Below are positions 40,412 through 51,145 of a stretch of 64,000 bases of DNA, in pieces. Under the pieces are notes generated by a model. It worked only from the letters and a program-made list of their open reading frames with translations, was not told the DNA's origin and did not search any database. Source of the stretch: an uncultured Holophagales bacterium (lineage in GTDB: Bacteria > Acidobacteriota > Thermoanaerobaculia > Multivoradales > UBA5704); the NCBI GenBank assembly GCA_963741305.1, contig CAVUHL010000002.1:56607-120606 (forward strand), read 5' to 3'. Numbering within the stretch: position 1 is the stretch's first letter; each line of letters begins with the position of its first letter. The translations under genes were made by a program, and so were the position numbers.

Positions 40412-43168
40412 TCAGACCTCGATCACGAACTCCCAACCCTCCCCCTCACCTCTCCGGACCCGCCGAAGAACTCCGAGCGAAAGCTGCAAGGTCTCGCATT
40501 TCTCGTTGTCAAAGAGAGTTGCCAGCTCGGATTGGAGCCGTTCGAGGGCCGCTTCGATGCCTCGCCGGTGGCGCTTGAGCTCCGCGATCTTGCCGACCTT
40601 CTCCTCCGCCGCTCGCCGTTGAGTGTCCGCCTCGGAGGCGGCTTCATCCCGGCTTGCCGCCGGGCGCGCGGGTGACGCGCGAAACACCGGCACTTCGGAG
40701 ACTCGCAGGGCGTAGAGTACCGGCGTCGGATACGCCCGGCCTCTGAGATCGAACTGGCACTTGCAGGTGCCCACCGCCGCCGCTTCCGGATGAAGCTCGC
40801 GGAGCTTCGGGCAGGAGATTGGCCACGGTGGCAAGCGCTCGATCTGCCGGCCCGTGACCTCGGCCCGGTAGTTGTAAGTGTGCGAGATAATGGCGTGCAA
40901 GGCGCTTCGACCTTCCTCCCCCAGATGTCCCAGTGCGCAAAGGAGCGACCATCGTTCGCGATGATTGAGATAGGAGGTCTGACGCGACTTCTTCGCAAGG
41001 TAGCCGAGGACATGGCACCCCTCGAGCACCTTCTGTGCCCGCGGACCGATCGAGTCAGCCGCCTTCTGCTGCGCCGATTCGGTCCCTGGTCCCGGTGCGG
41101 CGGCACAGATCGTGGCGGCCGAGACCCGCGGCAGCGACCTGATGGTCTCCACAGGATCTGAAAGCTCCTGGCCCAGCTCGTCGAGCAACGCACAGCGCCG
41201 GCCCGTCCGCGAATGGACTCCCAGCGGCAGCTTGACCAGAGGTCCGATCATGTCGGGCCGAAGCCGGTCCCGATTGGGAAACTCTTCGATTCGGACTCCT
41301 TCGGGCAGCGGACCGATCGCCTGCACGACATCCAGCAGCCAACGCCGGAGTTGATGGCACGGCACCGGCTCCTCCAAGCGCAGCCAGAGGTGATAGCCCT
41401 TGTGGCCGCTGAGCTCGAGGAGCGTCGAGCCGCCGCGCCGCGAGATCTCGCCCCGAAGCTTGAGAGCCGCCGCCAGCGCACGCCCAAGGAGAGAGCCCAC
41501 TTCCGTAGGGCGCTCATCGATCACTCGTTTCTCCAGGTCTACGTCCAGGACGCCCAATAGAGCGGTGTCTCCAGTGCGAACCAGGGGCAGCGCCAAGGTC
41601 TTCTCTCCCCGCAGATGCGCCCTCCAGTCTTTCTCGTCCATGGGCCGATGGACTGGCACGAAAGCGCGATGGCCCGAACGGTCCACCGTCTCCACAGCGT
41701 GGACACCCTCTCGGCCTTGAAACCAGTCCTGCAACAGCCGAACATCCGACTCCGAGATCGTCTCGCCGCCTGCGGCCGAAGCGGGCTCCGGCTCGGCGAC
41801 ATACCCCGGACGCACTGCGGCCAAGCGGCTGGCGAGATCGTACCTGCCGAGCTCCGCCACCGCTTCGCTCAAGGCTACGAGCCGCTCGGTCTGCGAGCCT
41901 ACGAGCCGCCGCGCCACTGCTCCCAACTCTTCGGGCCCCACTCTCAGCAGGCGCGACCAGCCCTCCGTCTCCGCCTGATGGCTCCGCGAGCCGCCACAGA
42001 CCGCCGCCAACTCGAGCCAGCTTTGCTCCTCACACCCGCAGGCGCTCCAGGCCTCCGCCAGCGCGAATCCAAGCGTGGAAGCAACAGGACTCGAAATTTT
42101 CCACCGTGCGTCCGCCAGACGCTGAGCTACCTCTCGGGAAGCCGTCTCATCTCCGGAGCGTAACAAGGCGAGAATTCCAACCGGTGAACCCATCCAGCAC
42201 TCCGGGTGCCGGCCGAAGTAGTTCGTCCAACCTCGATACAGGGCATCGATCTCCGCGCCCTCCGGCTCCGCCGAGCCAGCGATCTCCTCCAGCCGAAACC
42301 TGAGAGCCTCCACGGCTTTCACAGCAGGCCCCCGCCCTGTCGGCCCGAAGTGATAGCCCAGGAACACGAATCCGTCTTCGGCCCGGCAAATACGGGTCTT
42401 CTCTGCGTTCAAGGTCAAACCGAGGGGCGAGAGGAGCGCAACGATTTGCTCGTGCGCCGCCCGCACCTCGTCCTCGCGAGCGGCGAGAACCAGGAGGTCG
42501 TCACAATAGCGGACATACCTCTCGTGCTCCTTCTCGATGCTGGCGTCCAGCTCCCTGAGATACAGGTTTCCGAGGAGGGGAGAGAGCGGCGATCCCTGGG
42601 CAATGCCGGTGATCATTTCGCTCACTTGATCGTGATCGAAGATGCGGCACCGCAGCACGCGATCCAAGAAGGTAAGCCCTTCCGGGTCAGTGAAGGGCTT
42701 CAGCTGGCGCCGGAGCACCTCCGGCTGAATCGTGTCGAAAAAGCTCTTGACGTCCGCCCGCAACACCCAGGCTGCGCCCTGCTCCACCCAGCGGCCCACG
42801 TCATCCGCCGCCGCCCGCGCCGACGAACCCTTGCGGAACGCTCGGCAGGCGGCCGAGAGAGTGGGCTCCACCCTGGGCGACAAAAGGTCCGTGATCGCCC
42901 TCAGCACCACCCGGTCGCGCACCGCAGGCACCACCAACGCCCGCTCCGAAGCAGCCAGGAAGGCCGGCCGAATCCGCAACACCGGAAGGGACCGATAGCT
43001 CCCGGAGCCGATCTCCTGCGTGAGCTGCTCCAACTCGCCCTCGAGCCGGGAACCGAAAGCTTCCACCGATACCCGATCGATCCCTGCCACTCCCCGCTTG
43101 GCTGCAACGCTCTCCCAGGCACGGCGTAACGTAGTGAGCGCAACGAGATCTTGCAGGAATCCCATCAC
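40412..43168 (-). CDS. reverse transcriptase fused to archaeo-eukaryotic primase-polymerase (RT-PrimPol), CRISPR adaptation-associated
   Basis: Uninterrupted 918-aa ORF between cas2 and cas1. RT blocks: GIDRVS, VPAVRDRVVLRA, FRKGSS, LRADVKSFFDTI, QGSPLSPLLGNLYL, YCDD (42497-42508), LNAEKT, FLGYHF. AEP motifs: LDVDLE (DxD at 41537-41545), SGHKGYHLWL (41381-41410), VKLPLGVHSRTG. These are followed by a PriCT-like helical/Cys-His segment and a coiled-coil tail. Confidence 0.85.
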   Translation of the reverse strand: MMGFLQDLVALTTLRRAWESVAAKRGVAGIDRVSVEAFGSRLEGELEQLTQEIGSGSYRSLPVLRIRPAFLAASERALVVPAVRDRVVLRAITDLLSPRVEPTLSAACRAFRKGSSARAAADDVGRWVEQGAAWVLRADVKSFFDTIQPEVLRRQLKPFTDPEGLTFLDRVLRCRIFDHDQVSEMITGIAQGSPLSPLLGNLYLRELDASIEKEHERYVRYCDDLLVLAAREDEVRAAHEQIVALLSPLGLTLNAEKTRICRAEDGFVFLGYHFGPTGRGPAVKAVEALRFRLEEIAGSAEPEGAEIDALYRGWTNYFGRHPECWMGSPVGILALLRSGDETASREVAQRLADARWKISSPVASTLGFALAEAWSACGCEEQSWLELAAVCGGSRSHQAETEGWSRLLRVGPEELGAVARRLVGSQTERLVALSEAVAELGRYDLASRLAAVRPGYVAEPEPASAAGGETISESDVRLLQDWFQGREGVHAVETVDRSGHRAFVPVHRPMDEKDWRAHLRGEKTLALPLVRTGDTALLGVLDVDLEKRVIDERPTEVGSLLGRALAAALKLRGEISRRGGSTLLELSGHKGYHLWLRLEEPVPCHQLRRWLLDVVQAIGPLPEGVRIEEFPNRDRLRPDMIGPLVKLPLGVHSRTGRRCALLDELGQELSDPVETIRSLPRVSAATICAAAPGPGTESAQQKAADSIGPRAQKVLEGCHVLGYLAKKSRQTSYLNHRERWSLLCALGHLGEEGRSALHAIISHTYNYRAEVTGRQIERLPPWPISCPKLRELHPEAAAVGTCKCQFDLRGRAYPTPVLYALRVSEVPVFRASPARPAASRDEAASEADTQRRAAEEKVGKIAELKRHRRGIEAALERLQSELATLFDNEKCETLQLSLGVLRRVRRGEGEGWEFVIEV

Positions 43169-43177
43169 CGATCCTCC

Positions 43178-43453
43178 TCACAAAATGCGAACGGGTTCCT
43201 GATCAGAGAGCATGCTCCGCCCATAGACATCGACCCGGACCGCGCAGGAGGCGCACAGGTAGTACACCCGGAGGCTGTCGGTCTCCGAGTCGATATGCCG
43301 GAGGGCCCGCTGGATCGACTTCTCCAAGACCTCGGGCGGCAGGTGCCCCTCGAAAACGCTCCGTTGGACGCGGGTGAGCACCATCTCCAGAAGATCGGCG
43401 ACCTTCTGCCGGCCTCGATCGCTGGAGATGTCGTAGGTCACCAACACTTTCAT
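43178..43453 (-). CDS. cas2: CRISPR-associated endoribonuclease Cas2
   Basis: The internal ATG 43453 of ORF 43178..43513 gives MKVLVTYDISSDRGRQKVADLLEMVLTRVQRSVFEGHL...DSLRVYYLC, the Cas2 ferredoxin-fold signature. Confidence 0.9.
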   Translation of the reverse strand: MKVLVTYDISSDRGRQKVADLLEMVLTRVQRSVFEGHLPPEVLEKSIQRALRHIDSETDSLRVYYLCASCAVRVDVYGRSMLSDQEPVRIL

Positions 43454-43615
43454 GGCTCGCCTGTCTCCTCCGGAGTCCTGTGTTTGCCGAAAAGACGCCG
43501 TTCTTCCGGACACACGACAAGCTTACACGCATACCTGGGTCATTTCAAGACGGTATCTGCAGGAGCGGTAGCCTTCGAGAAGGCAGGCTCCTCTTGGCCG
43601 GCGTGCAGCCAAGAG

Positions 43616-46600
43616 GTCTCAATCCCCCGAAGGGGCATGTGCCTATTGATGAATGAGCCAACGACTTGCCTCAATCCCCCGAAGGGGCGCGACCTTGCTC
43701 TGACCAACACGTAAGTTGACTTAAGCCCGGTCTCAATCCCCCGAAGAGTCCTGACTGCTTTGCGACCCGCCGGCACGACTGCAGCTGCCCGTACTTCAAC
43801 GTGTCTCAATCCCCCGAAGGGGAATGAGATGTCCGGATTGCATACATGTCTCAATCCCCCGAAGGGTCCTGCCAGCTTTGCGAGAAGCGCCCAGGCCAGA
43901 ACCATACGGATGGAGCTGCAGGAAAGTCTCAATCCCCCGAAGGGTCCTGCCAGCTTTGCGAGAAGGACTGCGGTAGCGGCTGGCATTAAGCCGCAATCGT
44001 CTCAATCCCCCGAAGGGTCCTGCCAGCTTTGCGAGTGTACGTTGGCGGCACCCGCTTACGCAGCGAAGTAGGAATGTCTCAATCCCCCGAAGGGCTGCCA
44101 GCTTTGCGAGGCGAGTGACTGACCTTGAGGGACAACGGCGGGGCTACCAGTCTCAATCCCCCGAAGGGTCCTGCCAGCTTTGCGAGGATACGACTCCTTG
44201 TGACAAGCACAGGATCCCTGGAAGGTCTCAATCCCCCGAAGGGTCCTGCCAGCTTTGCGAGTACCTCATGCAACACGTGCCCTATCGAGTATTGGGATCG
44301 TGTCTCAATCCCCCGAAGGGTCCTGCCAGCTTTGCGAGGGTTACAAGCGGCCGGACGGGAGGTGCGACATCATGTCGTCTCAATCCCCCGAAGGGTCCTG
44401 CCAGCTTTGCGAGTCAAAAAAGTGGAGTCTGCTGGCAAGATTTGATCAGGATGTCTCAATCCCCCGAAGGGTCCTGCCAGCTTTGCGAGGGCGCTATTCG
44501 GACGACCGAACCGGTCGTCGTAGTCGCGGTCTCAATCCCCCGAAGGGTCCTGCCAGCTTTGCGAGAATATCATCGGCACGGGTCAGCCCGTGGCCGATGT
44601 ATGTATGTCTCAATCCCCCGAAGGGTCCTGCCAGCTTTGCGAGGGCGCTATTCGGACGACCGAACCGGTCGTCGTAGTCGCGGTCTCAATCCCCCGAAGG
44701 GTCCTGCCAGCTTTGCGAGAATATCATCGGCACGGGTCAGCCCGTGGCCGATGTATGTATGTCTCAATCCCCCGAAGGGTCCTGCCAGCTTTGCGAGGGG
44801 CTGGCGGCTTGTGGGTGAAGCTCCGGTCATGTCTAAGTCTCAATCCCCCGAAGGGTCCTGCCAGCTTTGCGAGTTGCGTTCCTCCGGGGACGCAATAACG
44901 TCTTCCCGACAATGTCTCAATCCCCCGAAGGGTCCTGCCAGCTTTGCGAGGAAACCCAAGCCTCAACCGACCACCCCAGTTCCGATTGTCTCAATCCCCC
45001 GAAGGGTCCTGCCAGCTTTGCGAGGAAAGCCATACGATCTACCCCCATACTCTGGAAAGGTCATGTCTCAATCCCCCGAAGGGTCCTGCCAGCTTTGCGA
45101 GTCTCCAGAGGATGGTCTACACACCGGCACGTCACAACTGAGGTCTCAATCCCCCGAAGGGTCCTGCCAGCTTTGCGAGCAAGAGGGACATCCCGGCTTT
45201 CCTGGCCTTCGCCGGAGATGTCTCAATCCCCCGAAGGGTCCTGCCAGCTTTGCGAGCTCACAAGGGAATGCTGCCCCGAGCAGTAACACAAAACGGTCTC
45301 AATCCCCCGAAGGGTCCTGCCAGCTTTGCGAGAGGGATCGTCCCTTCGCGCTTTGGCCGAAAACGAAGAAGTCTCAATCCCCCGAAGGGTCCTGCCAGCT
45401 TTGCGAGTATTGTCCGTGGCGGCGAGGAGAAAGGGGGAGCGGTAATGTCTCAATCCCCCGAAGGGTCCTGCCAGCTTTGCGAGTCTCGCGATTCGCAGTA
45501 GTGGTGGTTGTGAATTTGTTCAGTCTCAATCCCCCGAAGGGTCCTGCCAGCTTTGCGAGTGCCAGATGGAGAGGTGTATAGATTTTACCATCTGCCAAGT
45601 CTCAATCCCCCGAAGGGTCCTGCCAGCTTTGCGAGGCCGCCATCGCCGAAAAACTGACAGGCATGTTGCAGATGTCTCAATCCCCCGAAGGGTCCTGCCA
45701 GCTTTGCGAGGTCAGCAAGGCGATCGACCTGGTGGTCGAGAAAAAAAGTCTCAATCCCCCGAAGGGTCCTGCCAGCTTTGCGAGCTCTCGTAGAGTTCGG
45801 GGAAGTGCCAGGCTGCCCCAATCGTCTCAATCCCCCGAAGGGTCCTGCCAGCTTTGCGAGTCCTCCGGGAGGGGGCTTTGGCGAGGCACCGGTCAATGAG
45901 GTCTCAATCCCCCGAAGGGTCCTGCCAGCTTTGCGAGAACCAGCTGCTGGAAGGCGCGAATGCCATCCTCGAGACGAAGTCTCAATCCCCCGAAGGGTCC
46001 TGCCAGCTTTGCGAGGTACGTCCAAACGCCTTGGCCATCTTGGTCGAGGAGATGTCTCAATCCCCCGAAGGGTCCTGCCAGCTTTGCGAGTTAATTTCTA
46101 GGGCCGCCGGTAGGCGGCCTCCTTGCCCGGGTCTCAATCCCCCGAAGGGTCCTGCCAGCTTTGCGAGCGCCGCAGCCCGTGAAGGTCGAGGGGTTCGTCA
46201 AGATGTCTCAATCCCCCGAAGGGTCCTGCCAGCTTTGCGAGGCTGCGCAGGGGTCGAGAGATTCCGAACTATCTATCCAGTGTCTCAATCCCCCGAAGGG
46301 TCCTGCCAGCTTTGCGAGGCGGCTGAATTAGAGGGAAAAACCATCACAGAATTCATGTCTCAATTCCCCGAAGGGTCCTGCCAGCTTTGCGAGGTTCATG
46401 GCCTTGGTGAGCATGCTCATGATGTTTACAATGTCTCAATCCCCCGAAGGGTCCTGCCAGCTTTGCGAGCTGAACAGCGGCACGGCCCTCGCCAACAACT
46501 CCCTCAGTCTCAATCCCCCGAAGGGTCCTGCCAGCTTTGCGAGGGGAGAGATACCATGGCACACGTGGGCTTGGAACACGATGTCTCAATCCCCCGAAGG

Positions 46601-49600
46601 GTCCTGCCAGCTTTGCGAGGACTCCGGCGACCGCGCTGGGCAAGCTGGACAAGAAGATGTCTCAATCCCCCGAAGGGTCCTGCCAGCTTTGCGAGCACGA
46701 CCGTCAGCGACCCCACGAAAAACGTTTCCCTTGAGTAGTCTCAATCCCCCGAAGGGTCCTGCCAGCTTTGCGAGGAGGCAGCAAGAGAATTCCTCGAACG
46801 CCTCAGCAACGAAGTCTCAATCCCCCGAAGGGTCCTGCCAGCTTTGCGAGGCCCATGTCGTAGCCCATCACTTGGGGATTCTCCATGTCTCAATCCCCCG
46901 AAGGGTCCTGCCAGCTTTGCGAGCCCTCCGCTGCCTTGACTGAGCAGCATGCCCTCCCGATGTCTCAATCCCCCGAAGGGTCCTGCCAGCTTTGCGAGAC
47001 CGGTGGAGGCGAAGAAGCCCAAGCCTCAACCCACAATGTCTCAATCCCCCGAAGGGTCCTGCCAGCTTTGCGAGTCCAACCCGAAGGTGCGGAAGATCAC
47101 TATCCATCTAACTGTCTCAATCCCCCGAAGGGTCCTGCCAGCTTTGCGAGAAGTGAAGATCAAGAAGGGGATAATGACCAGCGTCTGCATGTCTCAATCC
47201 CCCGAAGGGTCCTGCCAGCTTTGCGAGGAAGAAGGAGGACCGTTTTGGATAACGAAACCATAATCGTCTCAATCCCCCGAAGGGTCCTGCCAGCTTTGCG
47301 AGCGGGATAAGGGCCTCAAGTGGTTCAACGCGTATTATGTCTCAATCCCCCGAAGGGTCCTGCCAGCTTTGCGAGTGACGATGACATCACGGACGGCCTC
47401 TACCAGCTACTGGAGGTCTCAATCCCCCGAAGGGTCCTGCCAGCTTTGCGAGAAAAAAGATGCCAAGCTGCAAGAAACCTACAACTCGAATGTCTCAATC
47501 CCCCGAAGGGTCCTGCCAGCTTTGCGAGTATACCCTCACCGTCTCCAGCTCCTGCACCTAGTCTCGAATGTCTCAATCCCCCGAAGGGTCCTGCCAGCTT
47601 TGCGAGCATGTTCAGCGCACTTCCCTTGGCAAGGTCCACCTTCGAGTCTCAATCCCCCGAAGGGTCCTGCCAGCTTTGCGAGGACAGAAGCTCTGCCTCC
47701 ATATCCTCGTCTTCCTCAGTGTCTCAATCCCCCGAAGGGTCCTGCCAGCTTTGCGAGTAAAAATAGTGTCCCGGTAGGGGGGTAGATCTGCAAAGTCTCA
47801 ATCCCCCGAAGGGTCCTGCCAGCTTTGCGAGTCAGTGTTGGCTGTCATCCTACTGGCGTGTATACCAATGTCTCAATCCCCCGAAGGGTCCTGCCAGCTT
47901 TGCGAGTGGAGGATCCTTATGGGCAGAAGAGGCTTTAGTAGGAATTGTCTCAATCCCCCGAAGGGTCCTGCCAGCTTTGCGAGGCTGGACGACCTGTAGC
48001 CATTCACGAAGGAACATAAAGTCTCAATCCCCCGAAGGGTCCTGCCAGCTTTGCGAGGAAGAGATCGATCTTACGATGTCAGAACTTAATAATGTCTCAA
48101 TCCCCCGAAGGGTCCTGCCAGCTTTGCGAGACACAGGAGATGACTCTCTCGACGAAACGATCCTTCCAGTCAATGTCTCAATCCCCCGAAGGGTCCTGCC
48201 AGCTTTGCGAGCTGCCCCGTCCCACGCTCCAGGAACTGCAAGAAGCCATGTCTCAATCCCCCGAAGGGTCCTGCCAGCTTTGCGAGCCAGAGCAGACAGT
48301 CCTCGCACAGTGAGCCTTTCCTTTATGTCTCAATCCCCCGAAGGGTCCTGCCAGCTTTGCGAGATCGGCGGACCCCCGCACTCGGGGAAGTCCGTCCTTA
48401 TGTCTCAATCCCCCGAAGGGTCCTGCCAGCTTTGCGAGGCGGCGCAGGCTGACGGCTCTGAGCTTGCGTATATCAAGTCTCAATCCCCCGAAGGGTCCTG
48501 CCAGCTTTGCGAGTCGACGGCCCGGCGCGTTCGTACGAGACCGACGGCATGTCTCAATCCCCCGAAGGGTCCTGCCAGCTTTGCGAGGAAGATGCGGTAG
48601 GCCTCCTTCCGCTGACCTTCGAGGATGTCTCAATCCCCCGAAGGGTCCTGCCAGCTTTGCGAGGTCCTCTTGACCAGCGTGTCCCCAAGCCCCGGATTCA
48701 GTCTCAATCCCCCGAAGGGTCCTGCCAGCTTTGCGAGGACGTACAGCGAGGCCGTGCTCAAGGTGCTCGCCACGATGTCTCAATCCCCCGAAGGGTCCTG
48801 CCAGCTTTGCGAGGAAGCAGGAGCAGCTTCACCAGCCGACCTTCGCGAAGGTCTCAATCCCCCGAAGGGTCCTGCCAGCTTTGCGAGTTCATCCTCCGCG
48901 AGGGGGAGAAAGGGCAAACTATGTGTCTCAATCCCCCGAAGGGTCCTGCCAGCTTTGCGAGAAGACAGGCCCGCTATCCATGCAGGAAGATGGAGTCGTC
49001 TCAATCCCCCGAAGGGTCCTGCCAGCTTTGCGAGGACTATCCAGACCCGAGATCTACGCTACGACACTCTCAATGTCTCAATCCCCCGAAGGGTCCTGCC
49101 AGCTTTGCGAGGGCTTTTGGGGTCAGTGGGTTCGGCAGTCGTTGGTAAAGTGTCTCAATCCCCCGAAGGGTCCTGCCAGCTTTGCGAGATCAATACGGAA
49201 ACGAAGCTCCAGCTCGGTTCCTTCAAATGTCTCAATCCCCCGAAGGGTCCTGCCAGCTTTGCGAGCTTTCGGGCTCTGGTCGCCGCGCGGGCGGCGCTCG
49301 TGTCTCAATCCCCCGAAGGGTCCTGCCAGCTTTGCGAGCTGCTTGGCAACAACAGCTTCCTGCCACTCGCCAATCGGTCTCAATCCCCCGAAGGGTCCTG
49401 ACAGCTTTGCGAGGCCGAATCCGTCAGATAAACCACTTCTCGAGGTAGAAGGTCTCAATCCCCCGAAGGGTCCTGCCAGCTTTGCGAGAGTACAGGGAGT
49501 TTGATGTTCTGGCAGCCGTAGTGATGTCTCAATCCCCCGAAGGGTCCTGACTGCTTTGCGAGCTACGACGATGTTCAGGAGATGATCGCGCCTTAACGAA

Positions 49601-49870
49601 AGTCTCAATCCCCCGAAGGGTCCTGCCAGCTTTGCGAGGTTACCGCAATGTCCACAGCTTCACCTTCGCGGTAACCAATGTCTCAATCCCCCGAAGGGTC
49701 CTGACTGCTTTGCGAGCCTAGTTGGCTGAACCAATCCTTTTGAGGGATACTTGCTGTCTCAATCCCCCGAAGGGTCCTGACTGCTTTGCGAGCAGCAGAA
49801 CAATATGCATATCATAGCGATCCGAAGCTCAATGTCTCAATCCCCCGAAGGGTCCTGACTGCTTTGCACC
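43616..49870 (-). CRISPR. CRISPR array 2: 80 full 37-nt repeats plus 4 degenerate trailer units, 79 spacers (36-44 nt)
   Basis: Plus-strand repeat GTCTCAATCCCCCGAAGGGTCCTGCCAGCTTTGCGAG; full copies run from 43848 to 49834-49870. Degenerate or truncated units lie at 43616, 43668, 43730 (array-1-type) and 43803. Variants occur at 44076 (2-nt deletion) and 46357 (C to T). Hybrid repeats lie at the leader end. Confidence 0.97.
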
Positions 49871-50110
49871 TGCCTCTCTAACCACCTGAAAGGAAAGACT
49901 TTAAGGTGGCCATTCCGCTAACCTCGCTTCGCTGGGCTCCCGCGACTGCGTTCCGCCGCTTGGCCACCGGATGCCGCAAGTCTCTATCTGACTTCATTCT
50001 ACTCATCTTAACCCAATTTCTTCGCTTTCCGCTAACCTCCCCCCGTTTTGGGCCCTTTCGGAGGTTAGCGCCACTCCCCGGTCTGGGAGAAGTAAATCAG
50101 TTGTCAAAGA
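49871..50110 (-). promoter_or_regulatory. CRISPR leader 2
   Basis: Same module as leaders 1 and 3: CCGCTAACCTC at 49915-49925 and 50029-50039, the inverted copy near 50060-50070, and a minus-strand TTGACA at 50102-50107. It overlaps the last codons of the cas6 frame. Confidence 0.75.
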
Positions 50111-51130
50111 ACCCTTGGACTCCAAAGGATCGAAGAGCTTTCCGCCCCACCGGTTTCACTTCGTGGAACTTCCCACCCCTCCTTCCGGCAGACGTGACCT
50201 CGATTCTGCCGCACCCCGCGGTGGGGTTCTTGCCCAGGTGCAGGATCTCTCCCGCCCGGAGGATCGGGAAGAACCTGGCCGCTTCGGGTCCGTAGACCAA
50301 GCGGCCGATTTGCCGCCGAGCAGCATCTCGGCGCCGGAGCGGGCGGAGTAGTCCTTCACCTCGATCCATTCGGTTTCGTTCACGAGGAGCGGCACCCGGG
50401 CGGCCTCGCCTCGACGGTGGGGCGGATGGCGGGATGGAGGATCTCGCTGGAGCTTTCACCGTAGAGGCCCTCGGAAGCGGTCAAGGATGCGGGCAATCAG
50501 CAGCGCAAAGGGTACCGGCGCGTTCCGCGGTAGGAGCCGACCTCCTTGGAGGAGCCGCGCCGGACTCAGCAGCCGGATCTCCACCGGCTGGGGAGCGAGA
50601 AAGGGCTCCATCCCTAGCCCGAGCCAATCCGGCTCCAGAGTTGGGCTCAGTTGCGTCAAATCGCCGCCACAGAGCCTCTCGCGGCTGCGGTCGGGCCGGA
50701 TCCGGTCGACGGTCTCGAGGATCCACTCGGTCCGCTCGCTCCCGAGCCCCAAACGGAACGCCTGCGCAAGGCCCGAGAGGACCCAGGGATAGAGGCGCCA
50801 GCCCGCTCCCAGGAGGGTGACCTCCAGGATGGCTCTTTCTTCTTCGTTCCCCGAGGTGTACAGCGCGAACGGGGGCCGCGCGCTCCGGCTGGCGGCGAAG
50901 AGCACGCCATACGGGCAGCACTCTGCGAGGTGGCAGAGGTCCTGAGGCCTCGGCCGCGGCTCGCTCCCCGCCTCGGCCCCCTGGCACCGCGGCTCTCCGA
51001 ACGGGCAGAACGTGTCGATGAACGCCTTCCCCAGGACGCGCCGGACCAGGGCGGCCGGGAGAACCGGCTCGGTGTTCCCGCGCCCGGCGGCCGGGCGCAC
51101 CTGAAGGCGAAGGCGAAGGTAGGGGTGCAT
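50097..51130 (-). CDS. cas6: Cas6-type pre-crRNA endoribonuclease (Cys-rich N-terminal variant), frame broken about twice
   Basis: ORF 50456..51130 (MHPYLRLRLQV...FCPFGEPRC...CHLAECCPYGVLFAA...) continues through pieces of ORFs 50156..50395 and 50097..50459. It ends with the glycine-rich loop LHLGKNPTAGCGRIEV typical of Cas6. It lies directly upstream of leader 2 and array 2. Confidence 0.6.
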
Positions 51131-51145
51131 TGGCGTTCTCGCCGT

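Noticed and set aside
37007-49608. Dozens of tracked ORFs on both strands inside the arrays, with recurring peptides such as SQSPEGSCQLCE, VSIPRRVLPALR, LNPPKGPASFA and KAGRTLRGIET.
   Set aside because: They are translations of the 37-nt CRISPR repeat in different frames, joined through spacers that happen to lack stops. The periodicity equals the repeat-spacer period, so they are not genes.
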